A DNA stretch of 64,000 nucleotides from Phycisphaerae bacterium (GCA_963675745.2 CAXXWX010000003.1:32001-96000), one strand, 5' to 3'; positions 29,786 to 40,100 are shown, counted from the stretch's first letter. Numbers and translations: made by a program. The notes: generated by a model not told the origin, from the sequence alone.

Positions 29786-31732
29786 CTAAGCCCCGGTCTG
29801 CTCGTCCTTCGACGCTAGTGCCTCGCGAATGCCCAGCTCTGCCAGCCGCAGCGTGCTCTTTCCGAATCTGTCGAGCGCCTGGTGCAGCGCATCGAGGTCA
29901 TCGGTCGTCCTGGCCAGCTCGCGCAGCTCGGCAACATCGCGCTCGATGTGTCTGCGCTCATCCGCGTCCATCAAACCGCCGACCTTGGCCAGCATCTCCT
30001 CGGTCTTATGTGTGTCAAACTCGACCTGGTTGACCAGATCGATCCGCCGGTGTGCATCGATATCATCCTGGGCAAAAGCGACGCTCTCACGCGCGATGCG
30101 GGCGACTTCGTCCGGCGTCAGCCCGTGATTGGGCATGATCTGAATGCTGGCCTGCTTCCCGCTGCGCTGTTCCTTGGCCGCCACGTTCAGAATGCCGTTG
30201 GCGTCAATCAGAAACTCGACTTCGACCTTGGGCATGCCGGCCGGCATCGGCGGAATCCCGCGCAGCTCGAATTGGCCGAGCAACCGGCAGTCTCTGGCGA
30301 GTTCGCGCTCGCCCTGCAGGACATTGATCTTGATGCCGGTCTGATTGTCCACGAATGTCGTGAACATCTCGGTCGCGCGGCACGGGATGGTCGTGTTGCG
30401 CATGATGAGCTTACCCATCGCGCCGCCCATCGTCTCGATGCCGAGCGACAGGGGGGTGACGTCGAGCAGCAGCATGTCCCATTTGCCGCCCGACAGCATC
30501 GCCGCTTGAAGCGCCGCCCCGATCGCCACGACCTGGTCTGGATCGAGCGCGGTATAGGGCTCGCGGCCGAAATACTCGCGCACACGCCGGCGCACCAACG
30601 GCAGACGCGTCGAACCGCCGACGAGCACCAGTTGTGCCAGGTCGTCGGGTTTCAGCCGCGCATCGCGCAGGGCGTGATCGATCAGTTTGATTGTGCGCGT
30701 CACCAGGTAGTCCACCAGCCCCTCGAACTCGGTGCGCGTGATTTGTCGCGTGTACAGGCGCCCATTGCCGATATCGAGTTCGAGGTCGGCGGTTTCCTGA
30801 TCGCTCAGGCGGATCTTGACCGCCTCGGCCAGCCCGCGCAGCGCCTGTCGCGTTATGGGTGATTCGATTTGGACGCCAAACTGATCCTCGATCTCGCGCG
30901 TGACCAGCTTGATGATCTCGCGGTCAAAATCGTCGCCGCCCAGGTGTGTGTCGCCCGCCGTGCTGAGCACCTGAAACACGCCGTCTTCCAAACGCAGGAT
31001 AGACACATCAAATGTGCCGCCGCCAAGATCGTAAACGGCAACGGCCTGGCCGACCGCGGTCGTGGCGACGTCGAGTTCCTGGTCCGAGCAGCGGGCCATG
31101 GGCAGGGGGCTGTGGCCGCGCGGCGGCTGTTGTTGGCGGCGGCCTGACGCCTGCTCGCGCAGCCCGATGCCATAGGCGACCGCTGCCGCCGTGGGCTCGT
31201 TGATGATGCGCACCACGTCAAGACCGGCGGCGGCGCCCGCCGCCCGCGTCGCCTGGCGCTGAGCATCGTCGAAATAGGCCGGGACCGTGATCACCGCCTT
31301 GCATACCGGACGGCCAAGCTGCTGCTCGGCGCGATCGCGCAAAGCCCGCAATATCACCGAGGAGATCTCCTCCGGGGAGAACTCGCGACCGTCGATATTC
31401 ACGACCACGGTTTGTCGTGGACCGGGTTTGACGGCGTATGTCAGAAACGGCAGCTCCCGAGCAATGTCCTCCGGCCCCTTGCCGATCAAACGCTTGATCG
31501 AATACACCGTCGCGCGGGGGTTTGCGACGGCCTGGTTCCGGGCCGGCCAGCCGATTGTCACACGCGGCTCTGCGCCGTCCGTACCGCCCACCACGCCAAT
31601 GACTGACGGGAGGCGCGCATCGCCGTCGGCGTCCGTGAGCACGCGCGGCCCGCGCTCGTCGGCGACGGCCACCAGAGAAAACGTCGTTCCGAGATCAATC
31701 CCAATGACCGGCTCTGGATCGGGCTGGCTCAT
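29786..31732 (-). CDS. hscA: Fe-S assembly Hsp70 chaperone
   Basis: IGIDLGTT, TVPAYFDDAQR, NEPTAAA, DLGGGTFDVS and LLLDVTPLSLGIETMGG motifs; positioned between hscB and fdx. Confidence 0.88.
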   Translation of the reverse strand: MSQPDPEPVIGIDLGTTFSLVAVADERGPRVLTDADGDARLPSVIGVVGGTDGAEPRVTIGWPARNQAVANPRATVYSIKRLIGKGPEDIARELPFLTYAVKPGPRQTVVVNIDGREFSPEEISSVILRALRDRAEQQLGRPVCKAVITVPAYFDDAQRQATRAAGAAAGLDVVRIINEPTAAAVAYGIGLREQASGRRQQQPPRGHSPLPMARCSDQELDVATTAVGQAVAVYDLGGGTFDVSILRLEDGVFQVLSTAGDTHLGGDDFDREIIKLVTREIEDQFGVQIESPITRQALRGLAEAVKIRLSDQETADLELDIGNGRLYTRQITRTEFEGLVDYLVTRTIKLIDHALRDARLKPDDLAQLVLVGGSTRLPLVRRRVREYFGREPYTALDPDQVVAIGAALQAAMLSGGKWDMLLLDVTPLSLGIETMGGAMGKLIMRNTTIPCRATEMFTTFVDNQTGIKINVLQGERELARDCRLLGQFELRGIPPMPAGMPKVEVEFLIDANGILNVAAKEQRSGKQASIQIMPNHGLTPDEVARIARESVAFAQDDIDAHRRIDLVNQVEFDTHKTEEMLAKVGGLMDADERRHIERDVAELRELARTTDDLDALHQALDRFGKSTLRLAELGIREALASKDEQTGA

Positions 31733-32355
31733 GATTCCTCAAGATCGGCGAGCAGTTTCTGGTAGTAGCTGATGGCGTTCAGCACGGCGCGCAGCGTCGT
31801 ACGCGTCTGTTCGTCACCCGGTAGCGTCCGGGCGAGCTCGGCAATCCGCTGCAACGTGTCGTCATAGCGTTGCTGAACCCGCCCGCGGCATGCGTCGATT
31901 GTCGCCCGATCATCTGACTCACGCGCCTCCTCGAGCTCTTCACGCAACGTGAGCATGTCCGCCAGTACATCGTTCGGCACGCTCTTGTCATCGGCCGAGC
32001 ACTTGCCGCCTGCCATCGCCAGCAGGTATTCGGCTCGCTGGATGGGGTCGAGCAGCACGGTGCGCGCGCGGTTTACCTGGGCGGTCGTCCGCAGGCTCAA
32101 GGCGCGAACCTCGGAGGTGTCCGCCTTCAGGCGGTCGGGATGGACCGCCCGCGCCAGGTTGAGATAGCGCGCCCGCACCTCGGCCGGATCAATGTCATAT
32201 GAGGCGGCGATCCCCAGCAAATCGAAGTAGTTGACGTCGTCCACCGGTTGGATTGCGTGGCAATTCTGACAGACCGCCGGGTTCTTCATCTCCCTGGCGC
32301 ATGCCGTGCATTTGGCTGGTGTTGCCGCCCGCGTGCTCGTGTCGGTCTCGTTCAT
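31729..32355 (-). CDS. hscB: Fe-S assembly co-chaperone with an N-terminal CxxC..CxxC
   Basis: NYFDLLG, J-domain HPD and L.DP..RAEYLL motifs. Confidence 0.9.
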   Translation of the reverse strand: MNETDTSTRAATPAKCTACAREMKNPAVCQNCHAIQPVDDVNYFDLLGIAASYDIDPAEVRARYLNLARAVHPDRLKADTSEVRALSLRTTAQVNRARTVLLDPIQRAEYLLAMAGGKCSADDKSVPNDVLADMLTLREELEEARESDDRATIDACRGRVQQRYDDTLQRIAELARTLPGDEQTRTTLRAVLNAISYYQKLLADLEES

Positions 32356-32399
32356 CAGTCCCTCGCGGCGGAGCCTGGAGCGCCTAATACATACCCAAC

Positions 32400-32566
32400 G
32401 TACCGACCAACCCCGGAGTCGGCCGAAGCCCGCTCCCAGGCGTAACGGCCGACCCCCGAGTCGGCCGGCTCCGCACCCACGAGTAGCGGCCGACCCCCGA
32501 GTCGGCCGATGCCCACCCGGAAATCAGGCTCGCAAACAACGTCCGACTTCATGGGGCGGACGCCGC
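32400..32566. repeat. Cluster of three direct GTA-type REP palindromes plus an inverted partner
   Basis: GTA(G/A/C)CGGCCGACCCCCGAGTCGGCCG-like units at 32400, 32442 and 32483; CGTCCGAC..CGGACG at about 32540. Confidence 0.8.
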
Positions 32567-32634
32567 TTCGAGCGAACATAGCGTCATGCCACGGCACGCA
32601 TACGATTCGCGCGTACTCTCAACCATCGCTCAGC

Positions 32635-33081
32635 TTACGCGGAATAGCTGCTCCCGCAACCGCACGTCTGTCGCGCGTTGGGATTATTAAACGTGAACCC
32701 CGCGCCCATCATGCTTTCCTGCCAGTCGATCAGCGTCCCCGTGAGGTTGCCGACAATGTAGCTCTTGAGGTCGCAGACAATGTTGAGGCCGCAGGAAGAG
32801 AAAACCTCATCAGAGTCGTTTACCGGAGCATGGACCTCATCGCGCAGATCGAGCACATACTGCAATCCGCTGCAACCGCCGCCTTTGACGCCCACGTACA
32901 GATAAGTTGTGTCCGCCAGCGACTCACGTGTAATGTGCTCGCGGACCTTTTCCGCGGCCTTCTCGCTCAGGCGCAAGCCGACGGTCTCCGTTGCCGGTTT
33001 GGCGCGCTTGGCGACGACGAGCTTCGGCTGGTCGCTGGTGTCGGTCTTCGGTTGTGACGTCTGTGTTTGTTCGCTCATCAA
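32635..33081 (-). CDS. iscA: A-type Fe-S carrier
   Basis: GVKGGGCSGLQY and F.NPNA..TCGCGSS motifs. Confidence 0.92.
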   Translation of the reverse strand: MMSEQTQTSQPKTDTSDQPKLVVAKRAKPATETVGLRLSEKAAEKVREHITRESLADTTYLYVGVKGGGCSGLQYVLDLRDEVHAPVNDSDEVFSSCGLNIVCDLKSYIVGNLTGTLIDWQESMMGAGFTFNNPNARQTCGCGSSYSA

Positions 33082-33135
33082 TCAACACCCTTGTTGGCGG
33101 TTTAGCACTCTCATTGAAATCTCGCGCGGTCCACC

Positions 33136-33549
33136 CTACGCGGATTCGCACGCTGCCGTCTGTGGCTTCGCTTTGCGCTTGACCTTGACATCCGCAATTG
33201 CGGCGCGGATCGCGTCTTCGGCCAGCACGCTACAGTGGATCTTCACCGGCGGCAGTGACAGTTCTTTAACGATCTCCGTGTTCTTGATCTCCAGCGCCTC
33301 GTCGAGCGTCTTTCCTTTGACCCACTCGGTCGCGAGCGAGCTGGATGCGATCGCCGAGCCGCACCCAAACGTCTTGAACCTGGCGTCCACGATGCGGTCG
33401 TTTTCATCGACCTCGATTTGCAGCTTCATTACGTCGCCGCATTCCGGCGCCCCGACAATCCCGGTGCCGACGCGCTCGCTCTTTCTGTCCAGTGACCCGA
33501 CGTTCCGCGGGTTGCTGAAATGGTCGATGACTTTTTCGCCGTATGCCAT
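33136..33549 (-). CDS. iscU: Fe-S scaffold protein
   Basis: NPRNVG, GAPECGDVM, FKTFGCGSAIASSS and LPPVKIHCS motifs. Confidence 0.96.
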   Translation of the reverse strand: MAYGEKVIDHFSNPRNVGSLDRKSERVGTGIVGAPECGDVMKLQIEVDENDRIVDARFKTFGCGSAIASSSLATEWVKGKTLDEALEIKNTEIVKELSLPPVKIHCSVLAEDAIRAAIADVKVKRKAKPQTAACESA

Positions 33550-33594
33550 AGTGCTTACACTCCTGAGAGCAAGCGTGGTTTGCTCATCGTATTT

Positions 33595-34809
33595 CTAGTC
33601 CCCGGCCCATTGGACGGTACTGATGTCGATGCCCTCTTGAGCCATCTCATACAGCGGGCTCATCGCCCGGAGCCTGTTCACGGTCTCGACGACCCGCTGA
33701 ATGACAATGTCGATTTCCTCCTCGGTGTTAAAACGCCCGACGGAGAAACGAATGCTGCTGTGTGCCAGATCGTCGCCGACGCCCAGTGCCTTCAACACAT
33801 AGCTGGGTTCCAGTGAGGCACTCGTACAGGCCGACCCGCTGGAGACGGCGACGTCGCTGAATCCCATCATCAGGCTCTCGCCCTCGACGTACGCGAACGA
33901 GAGATTCAGGTTTGACGGTGTGCGCTCGGTTGGATGGCCGTTGAGGAACACGTCGGAGAGCTGCGACATGATCCCGTCCCTCAGCCGGTCGCGTAGCCCC
34001 GCCAGCCGCTGAGGCTCGCTGTCCAGATGCGTGCGGCACAATTCGGCGGCCGCCCCAAGCCCCACGATGCATGGGACGTTGAGCGTGCCCGAACGCATGC
34101 CGCGCTCGTGCCCGCCACCGTGGATGATCGCCTCACACCGCACTCTCGGCCGTTTGCGCCGTACATACAACGCGCCGATGCCCTTTGGTCCGTGGATCTT
34201 GTGCGCGCTGCACGTCAGCAGATCGATACCCATCTCGTTGACGTCGATCGGCACTTTTCCGAAGGTCTGGCAGGCATCCGTATGGAAGACCACGCCGCGC
34301 TCTTTGCAGAGCTTGCCAATCTCGCGGATCGGCTGGAGTGTGCCGATTTCGTTGTTGCCGTGCATGATCGAGACCAGGATTGTCTCGTCGGTAATCTGGC
34401 TGCGAAGCTCATCAACGTCCACCAGCCCTTCGCGATTCACGGGCAGAAACGTCACGCGATAGCCCTGCTGCTCCAGCCATTTGCTGGGGTCGATTACCGC
34501 CTTGTGCTCGGTAACCTCGGTGATAATGTGCTTGCCCCGATCGCCGTACATCGCCGCGATTCCCTTGATGGCGATGTTGTTGCCCTCGGTGGCGCCGCTG
34601 GTGAAAATGACCTCCCGCGGATCGGCTCCGATTAGCTCGGCGACTTGTCGCCGGGCATTCTCGACGGCCTCCTCGGCTTCCCAGCCGAAACTGTGGCCTC
34701 TTGAAGCCGCGTTACCGAATTTCTCGCTGAAGTAAGGCAGCATGGCCGCCAGCACGGCGGGGTCGACCCGCGTCGTTGCGTTGTTGTCGAGGTAGATTCT
34801 GTCGCTCAT
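33595..34809 (-). CDS. iscS: Cysteine desulfurase
   Basis: [25 protein letters not shown] and [17 protein letters not shown] motifs, with an IscS-type tail SPLYEM..EGID...VQW. Confidence 0.95.
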   Translation of the reverse strand: MSDRIYLDNNATTRVDPAVLAAMLPYFSEKFGNAASRGHSFGWEAEEAVENARRQVAELIGADPREVIFTSGATEGNNIAIKGIAAMYGDRGKHIITEVTEHKAVIDPSKWLEQQGYRVTFLPVNREGLVDVDELRSQITDETILVSIMHGNNEIGTLQPIREIGKLCKERGVVFHTDACQTFGKVPIDVNEMGIDLLTCSAHKIHGPKGIGALYVRRKRPRVRCEAIIHGGGHERGMRSGTLNVPCIVGLGAAAELCRTHLDSEPQRLAGLRDRLRDGIMSQLSDVFLNGHPTERTPSNLNLSFAYVEGESLMMGFSDVAVSSGSACTSASLEPSYVLKALGVGDDLAHSSIRFSVGRFNTEEEIDIVIQRVVETVNRLRAMSPLYEMAQEGIDISTVQWAGD

Positions 34810-35270
34810 TGGGCAATCGCTTCCTGGGACTGCGGATCGCATGGATGCTCGGCGTCGTGGCGAAAAGCCACGTCGGCGATGGTGATGTCGGAGAGGAACC
34901 TGTGGAATGCCCGGTGGATTCGATGCAGCGGCCTGCGAATCGTGCAGGTTCTCCGCCGCTCACAATCACGACCCGGAGAACCGTTGTTCGGGGCGCACTG
35001 GACCAGACGCACGGGTCCTTCAATCGCCTCGATCAGCCCGCTCAGCGTGATCTCCGCCGGGTCCAATGCCAGTGCATACCCGCCGCGCGCGCCGCGCACC
35101 GAAGAGATCAGCCCGCGCTGATTTAGCGACTTCATGACGTTCATCAGCAGCGGCAGCGGCACGCCGTGCGTTTCGGCGATGTCGCGGGCACTGACAATCT
35201 TGTCGGGTGCGTTCGCCAGGTGGCAAACGGCGACAAGGGCGTACTCCGACTTTTTTGTCAGCGATAACAT
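34806..35270 (-). CDS. iscR: Rrf2-family regulator (IscR-like)
   Basis: [10 protein letters not shown] and IEAIEG motifs, three C-terminal Cys; heads the isc operon. Confidence 0.82.
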   Translation of the reverse strand: MLSLTKKSEYALVAVCHLANAPDKIVSARDIAETHGVPLPLLMNVMKSLNQRGLISSVRGARGGYALALDPAEITLSGLIEAIEGPVRLVQCAPNNGSPGRDCERRRTCTIRRPLHRIHRAFHRFLSDITIADVAFRHDAEHPCDPQSQEAIAQ

Positions 35271-35305
35271 TCTGCGACCTCAACGTATGGGTTCTTCTTA
35301 CCTGC

Positions 35306-35339
35306 CTTGAATATAGTATCTCAGGGGTACGATTTCAAG
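35306..35339 (-). promoter_or_regulatory. isc promoter overlapping an imperfect inverted repeat
   Basis: Minus strand TTGAAA-N17-TATATT; CTTGAATATAGTATC..GGTACGATTTCAAG dyad. Confidence 0.6.
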
Positions 35340-35490
35340 CAGCGTAATCACAACTTCCGATATATCGCGGTCAGCGAACATTGGCACCTGATCGGCCGCA
35401 AGTTCAGCGCGGTTCTAAACTTGCAATTGTCACCCTGGAGTGTCGCGTTGAACGCGCGGGCGCAGCGGCCTAATTCCACTGCCCGTAATC

Positions 35491-35817
35491 TCAGGATTTG
35501 TCCCTAAGGGTTTCCCGTAGGCGTGAAAGCAACTCGGCGGCGGACAACTGCTGAACGCGAATCCGCTTATGCGGTTTGGATCGGCCATGCACTATTGCGA
35601 CGTCGCGTTTTTTGCAGCCCAACGTCGTCGCCAGCAGCGCCACGACGGCGTCATTTGCCCGGCCGGCGTCAGGTGGGGCGGAGACGGTGACCTTCAACGA
35701 GGACTGCCACACGCCCGCCACGCGACTGCGCGACGCGCCCGGCACAACCTTGACGCCGAACTCTGCGCCATCTGCGGTCTGAGTAATATCGACTTGCTCA
35801 GCGTCAGAAGCCGGCAT
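35491..35817 (-). CDS. DUF167 (YggU-like) protein
   Basis: VKVVPGASRS, LKV.VSAPP.AGRAN.A and G.S...K motifs. Confidence 0.88.
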   Translation of the reverse strand: MPASDAEQVDITQTADGAEFGVKVVPGASRSRVAGVWQSSLKVTVSAPPDAGRANDAVVALLATTLGCKKRDVAIVHGRSKPHKRIRVQQLSAAELLSRLRETLRDKS

Positions 35818-35850
35818 GCATGTAACCACCGCCCCCCCACGCAACCAGCC

Positions 35851-36594
35851 TCACGCCGACGCCGGTGCGAACTCGTCGCCGCGAAATGTGTTGCCGAGGT
35901 AACGCTCGCGCACGCGCGGGTTGTTGATCAACTCGTGCGGCGACCCCGACGCGATAACTTGGCCAGCGTCTATCACATAGCTGCGGTCAGTGACTTTCAG
36001 CGTTTCGTGTACGTTGTGGTCGGTCAGCAGAATCGCGATCCCGCCGTCCCGCAGGCGCTGAATCTCCGTGCGCAGCTCTTCGACAGCCTTGGGATCCACG
36101 CCGCTGAACGGCTCGTCGAGCAGTATCAGCAATGGGCTGGTGATCAGGGCACGGGCGATTTCGAGTTTGCGACGCTCGCCGCCGGAAATATTCCGCGCCA
36201 TGTTCTTACGCACAACCTCGAGGCCGAACTGGCCCAGTAGCTCCTCGACCTTCTGCTTTCGTTCGCGGTGAGTCAGGCGCAGAGTTTCGCAGATTGCCAA
36301 CAGGTTGTCCTCGACGGTCAGTCGCTGGAAGACGCTTGGCTCTTGCGATAGATAGCCAATCCCACGGCGCGCGCGCTCAAACATCGGCAGGCCGGTGACG
36401 TTGTCGTCTCGGAAACGCACAGTCCCGCTGTCGGCTGAGATCATGCCCACGGTGATGCGAAAGCTGGTGGTCTTGCCCGCACCGTTGGCACCGAGGAGTC
36501 CGACGATCTCTCTCTCGTCCACCGTGTAGTTAACGTGGTCCACCACGCGTCGTTTGCGGTAGGTTTTAACGAGGTTTTCGGCCTCTAGCAGCAT
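35851..36594 (-). CDS. lptB: LPS export ABC ATP-binding protein
   Basis: GANGAGKTT, YLSQEPSVF.RLTV, SGGERRKLEIARAL, LDEPFSGVDP, TDHNV.ETL and YLG motifs. Confidence 0.93.
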   Translation of the reverse strand: MLLEAENLVKTYRKRRVVDHVNYTVDEREIVGLLGANGAGKTTSFRITVGMISADSGTVRFRDDNVTGLPMFERARRGIGYLSQEPSVFQRLTVEDNLLAICETLRLTHRERKQKVEELLGQFGLEVVRKNMARNISGGERRKLEIARALITSPLLILLDEPFSGVDPKAVEELRTEIQRLRDGGIAILLTDHNVHETLKVTDRSYVIDAGQVIASGSPHELINNPRVRERYLGNTFRGDEFAPASA

Positions 36595-36927
36595 TCTCGA
36601 CCCCTTTCTCGACGCAGGTGGGCGCATGTGGATAACTTGTTGATATTGGATGAAAACCCGGTGTTCGTCGTCGTTGCGCCTACAAACCGCTGCTGCCACC
36701 AGCTAGAGTCAGTAACGACTGCATTTCCAAGGGTTATGCGCCATAACATCATTATAATTCATGGTTTACGCGAATTTCACAGCTTGAGCCCGTGCGCCGG
36801 CAATCTCAGGTTCTCGGACGCTCGTACGCGACAATGTGCATCGCGTCATGAAACTTGTTTTCTCGCGTTTAGATGTTGACAACTATCGCCAACCTGATCT
36901 TAACCCGCTGCACAGCGCGCCCGAGCC

Positions 36928-38493
36928 TTATCGGACAAACCGCATTTCGCCAACATCCGGTATGCGCCAACGGCCGGCGCGATCTATCGACAGCAACGCG
37001 GGAAGATACACGAAGCTCGCTCGTCCCACAATCAAATCACGACGGACTGTTCCGGTTTCATACGCATCCGCCGACGCGCTGCCGTACAAACGCCGATAGT
37101 GTGACAGCACCTCGCCCGATACGTCGGTCCATTCGCGGCTGTCGTGACTGAAGCGGCTGTTGTCACCCAGTACAAAGTAGTCTTCCGTTCCCAGTCGCAT
37201 CGCGCGCCCGGCGTACGCACGCCGTGTGTCGCCAGCGCGAAAAGTGTAATACACATCGCGATCAACGCGCAGGCCGGCGACGTCGAAGGCCAATGACGAG
37301 GCAATCAAACGCACATCAACGGCAGTGATCGCCGGCTGCCGGCGTATCTGCTCCAGGTCCGGAGCATAGCTCGTGTCAGTCGTGGCGAGAACGTCGGTTC
37401 CATCGACGCGCAATGAGACGCGGTAATCAACGTGTGCGAACTCCACAACCACCGGGTGATCGGCGCGCAGTACGGCGTGTGTCTTCGCGGCAATCGTGCG
37501 CCACGGCTGAGCCGTTTCAGTCTCGCGCATGCGTAAGCTGCACGTGCCATCGACGTGAATGTCGATCTGAAACAGCGTCGTCCCACGCATCAGCTCCCAG
37601 CGCAGCCAACCGTCTCCCTCACGCAGCGTGATCTCGGCGACGACGCGCATGTCGCCCACGAGGTCGTGTCCAGTGTCGCTGTTGAAACCGCTGACGTCCC
37701 GGATCGGGCGCGCGGGGTTGAACTCCAAGGCGCGTGGCTCCTGATCCAGCCCGTCGTAGTGAATCACGCGGCTGTGAAGTCCGTGCCAGCCGGGCTCACC
37801 GGCGGCGTTCACTGCAACCCACGGGCGGTCGGCGCGTTGGGTGGAATCGCGCAGGGGTGCGTGTCGCTGGTCGGCAACCACATGCCACACGGCGCTCTGC
37901 ACGCTGGCGGGCTTGCGGGCGATCCGGCCATTGACGAACAAATCTCCAAGGACAATCTCCACCTCTTCCCCCGGCAAACCCACCAGTCGCTTTACGAAGT
38001 TCTGCGATGGATTGGCGGGGTCTCGGAAGATAATCACGTCCCAGCGATTGGGACCGAAGAGTCCGCCCAGGGCGAACGGCCATTTCTCGACCAGGATGCG
38101 GTCGCCGGACTTCGTGAGCACGCCGGCGCCATCGCCCATGGTGGTTTGCAGATGACAATTCGGGCAGACGAGCGTGTCCGGCACCTGGAGCGTGTCGGCG
38201 TGTGTACCGCGGCCGGCGGTGAGTGCGTAATCAAACTCCAAGCCACAGCGCGGACACACCTGCGTGCTGTGAACGCCGAGCAGCGCGGTGGCCATCGAGC
38301 CGGTTGGGATAATGAACGCCTCAATCATGAATGTGCGGAAAATGAACGCGAGGATCAAGGCTGTCAGGACGGTCTGTGTTGTGTCCACCACGCGCAGGCT
38401 GACGGTGTCGCCGGCGAGCACATCCTCGGCGGGCACCACGCGCGCGTCTTCCGCGTCGCGCGGCACAGCGGAGTTGTGGTCAGCATCTGGCAC
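36928..38493 (-). CDS. lepB: Signal peptidase I, long form (second copy)
   Basis: FIIPTGSM (Ser), NFVKRLVGLPG (Lys), LGDNSRFSHDSR and a CPRC..CPNC insert. Start uncertain; GTG 38493 chosen. Confidence 0.88.
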   Translation of the reverse strand: MPDADHNSAVPRDAEDARVVPAEDVLAGDTVSLRVVDTTQTVLTALILAFIFRTFMIEAFIIPTGSMATALLGVHSTQVCPRCGLEFDYALTAGRGTHADTLQVPDTLVCPNCHLQTTMGDGAGVLTKSGDRILVEKWPFALGGLFGPNRWDVIIFRDPANPSQNFVKRLVGLPGEEVEIVLGDLFVNGRIARKPASVQSAVWHVVADQRHAPLRDSTQRADRPWVAVNAAGEPGWHGLHSRVIHYDGLDQEPRALEFNPARPIRDVSGFNSDTGHDLVGDMRVVAEITLREGDGWLRWELMRGTTLFQIDIHVDGTCSLRMRETETAQPWRTIAAKTHAVLRADHPVVVEFAHVDYRVSLRVDGTDVLATTDTSYAPDLEQIRRQPAITAVDVRLIASSLAFDVAGLRVDRDVYYTFRAGDTRRAYAGRAMRLGTEDYFVLGDNSRFSHDSREWTDVSGEVLSHYRRLYGSASADAYETGTVRRDLIVGRASFVYLPALLSIDRAGRWRIPDVGEMRFVR

Positions 38494-38540
38494 GCGGTTG
38501 TCCCAGCGGAACTGGCGCGGCGGTTGGCCGCGTAGCCGGT

Positions 38541-40100
38541 CTAGCGGATCCAGCGAACGTGGCCGATATCGGGGATGATGTTCCAGCCACCAATCGGCGA
38601 CGGGAGGAACCCCGGCCAATAGACGAAAAACGCCCGTCCAATCATCTGATCGGCAGGAACCGTGCCTAGACGGTAATCGCGTCGCGCGCTGCGCATGTGC
38701 GGCCCGGCGTGGTCCCACAAGCGTCCGTCGTGGCTGCTCGGGCTGTTATCGCCCATCACGAAATACTCATCGTCCCGGAGTTGGAAAGGCTCGCCCTGGC
38801 CGGCACGCACCGGCACCTTGCGGCCGTTTTCGAACGTCCAGTATTTGTAGAAGATGTCGCGCTCGACACGCAGCCTGGCACAGGTCGCATCGATGTTCTC
38901 GGCCGCGATGCGCAGGTCGGCAGGTCGCACGCGCGCCGACAACGCCCGCGCTGCGGCGGGGGTGATGCTGTATTGCTCGGGCGTGGACTGAAGCACGATC
39001 TCGCCGTTGAGCTGCACGCGCACGACGTAGTCGACATTTCCGAGGGCAATCCGGTTTGTCCGGCGCGTATCGACGTTCTCGTGGACGGCCAACACGGCTT
39101 GCTCACCGGCCGCGTTCTCGTGAATCAGCTCCAGCCGCCCGTCGGCGTGCAGCCGTGCCATGAAGCGATCGTCGTGCTTGGTGCTGCTCAGCTCGACGTA
39201 TCCCTGGCCGGCGCGCAGTCGAACATCGCACGACAGCCGGGTATCGGTTACCAGGTCTTGAGGTGTGCCCTTTGACGGCGGCGCCTTTTCCCGCCCAAAG
39301 AGTGGGTTGTAGCCGTAGACGTCTTCCACTACGCCGTAGACAGGTGGGTGGTCGGAATCCGTGATCAGTCTCAGATCGTCCGGGAAAGTGGCAAACGCGA
39401 CTTCAGCGCGGGGGCTGTCGGTGCCCTTGAAGGCGGGCATGCGCGTGTCGAGCCCGGTCCAGGCGCTGTCCGCCGACAGCGCGCGCCAGTGAGGATAGTA
39501 TCGATTCTCCGGGCCGGCGGCTTTGGCCGGCCGGTGATCGTGGTCGTAGTATGGGAACCAGAGCTGCTCCTGCACGTGGCGCGGCTTGGCCTGGATTATG
39601 TCGTTAATGAATACGTCGCCACCGATCAGCTCGACCTTGTCGCCACGGAGCCCGATCAGGCGTTTGATGAAGTTCTGCTCGGGGTCGAGCGGATTGCGGA
39701 ATACGACCACGTCCCAGCGCTGGGGCTGCATCCAACTCAGCCCCAGATCATATGGCCAGCCCAGCACCGTGATCCGGTCGCCCACGGTCGGCGCCATGGT
39801 CCGGCCGAGACTCAGCAGCGTGTTCTTCTGTCGATAGCGACAATTGGGGCACTCAACCGTGTCGGGCTGTGGGTCGGTGGGCGGGCGAAAACCGATCTGG
39901 TACTCATACCCGCAGTTCGGGCAAGTATGTGTTGCGTGAGCGCCGCAGAGGGTCTCGGCCATCGATCCCGTTGGAATCACGAACAGCGGCACGAAAAAGC
40001 TCTTGAACACCAGCAGGAGGATGAAGAAGCCGACAAAGGAAGCAATCTGCTCCATCAGCGGTTCCGGCTGCTTTCGATACTCCTGACTGTGCTTGCTCAT
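38541..40100 (-). CDS. lepB: Signal peptidase I, long form (first copy)
   Basis: FVIPTGSMAETL, NFIKRLIGL, MGDNSPSSHDGR and a CPNC..CPNC insert. Confidence 0.9.
   Translation of the reverse strand: MSKHSQEYRKQPEPLMEQIASFVGFFILLLVFKSFFVPLFVIPTGSMAETLCGAHATHTCPNCGYEYQIGFRPPTDPQPDTVECPNCRYRQKNTLLSLGRTMAPTVGDRITVLGWPYDLGLSWMQPQRWDVVVFRNPLDPEQNFIKRLIGLRGDKVELIGGDVFINDIIQAKPRHVQEQLWFPYYDHDHRPAKAAGPENRYYPHWRALSADSAWTGLDTRMPAFKGTDSPRAEVAFATFPDDLRLITDSDHPPVYGVVEDVYGYNPLFGREKAPPSKGTPQDLVTDTRLSCDVRLRAGQGYVELSSTKHDDRFMARLHADGRLELIHENAAGEQAVLAVHENVDTRRTNRIALGNVDYVVRVQLNGEIVLQSTPEQYSITPAAARALSARVRPADLRIAAENIDATCARLRVERDIFYKYWTFENGRKVPVRAGQGEPFQLRDDEYFVMGDNSPSSHDGRLWDHAGPHMRSARRDYRLGTVPADQMIGRAFFVYWPGFLPSPIGGWNIIPDIGHVRWIR

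Noticed and set aside
32400..32508. Possible mini-CRISPR (three ~26-bp palindromic repeats)
   Set aside because: Spacers are only about 15-16 bp, no cas genes are present, and the same unit occurs as a REP at 8810.
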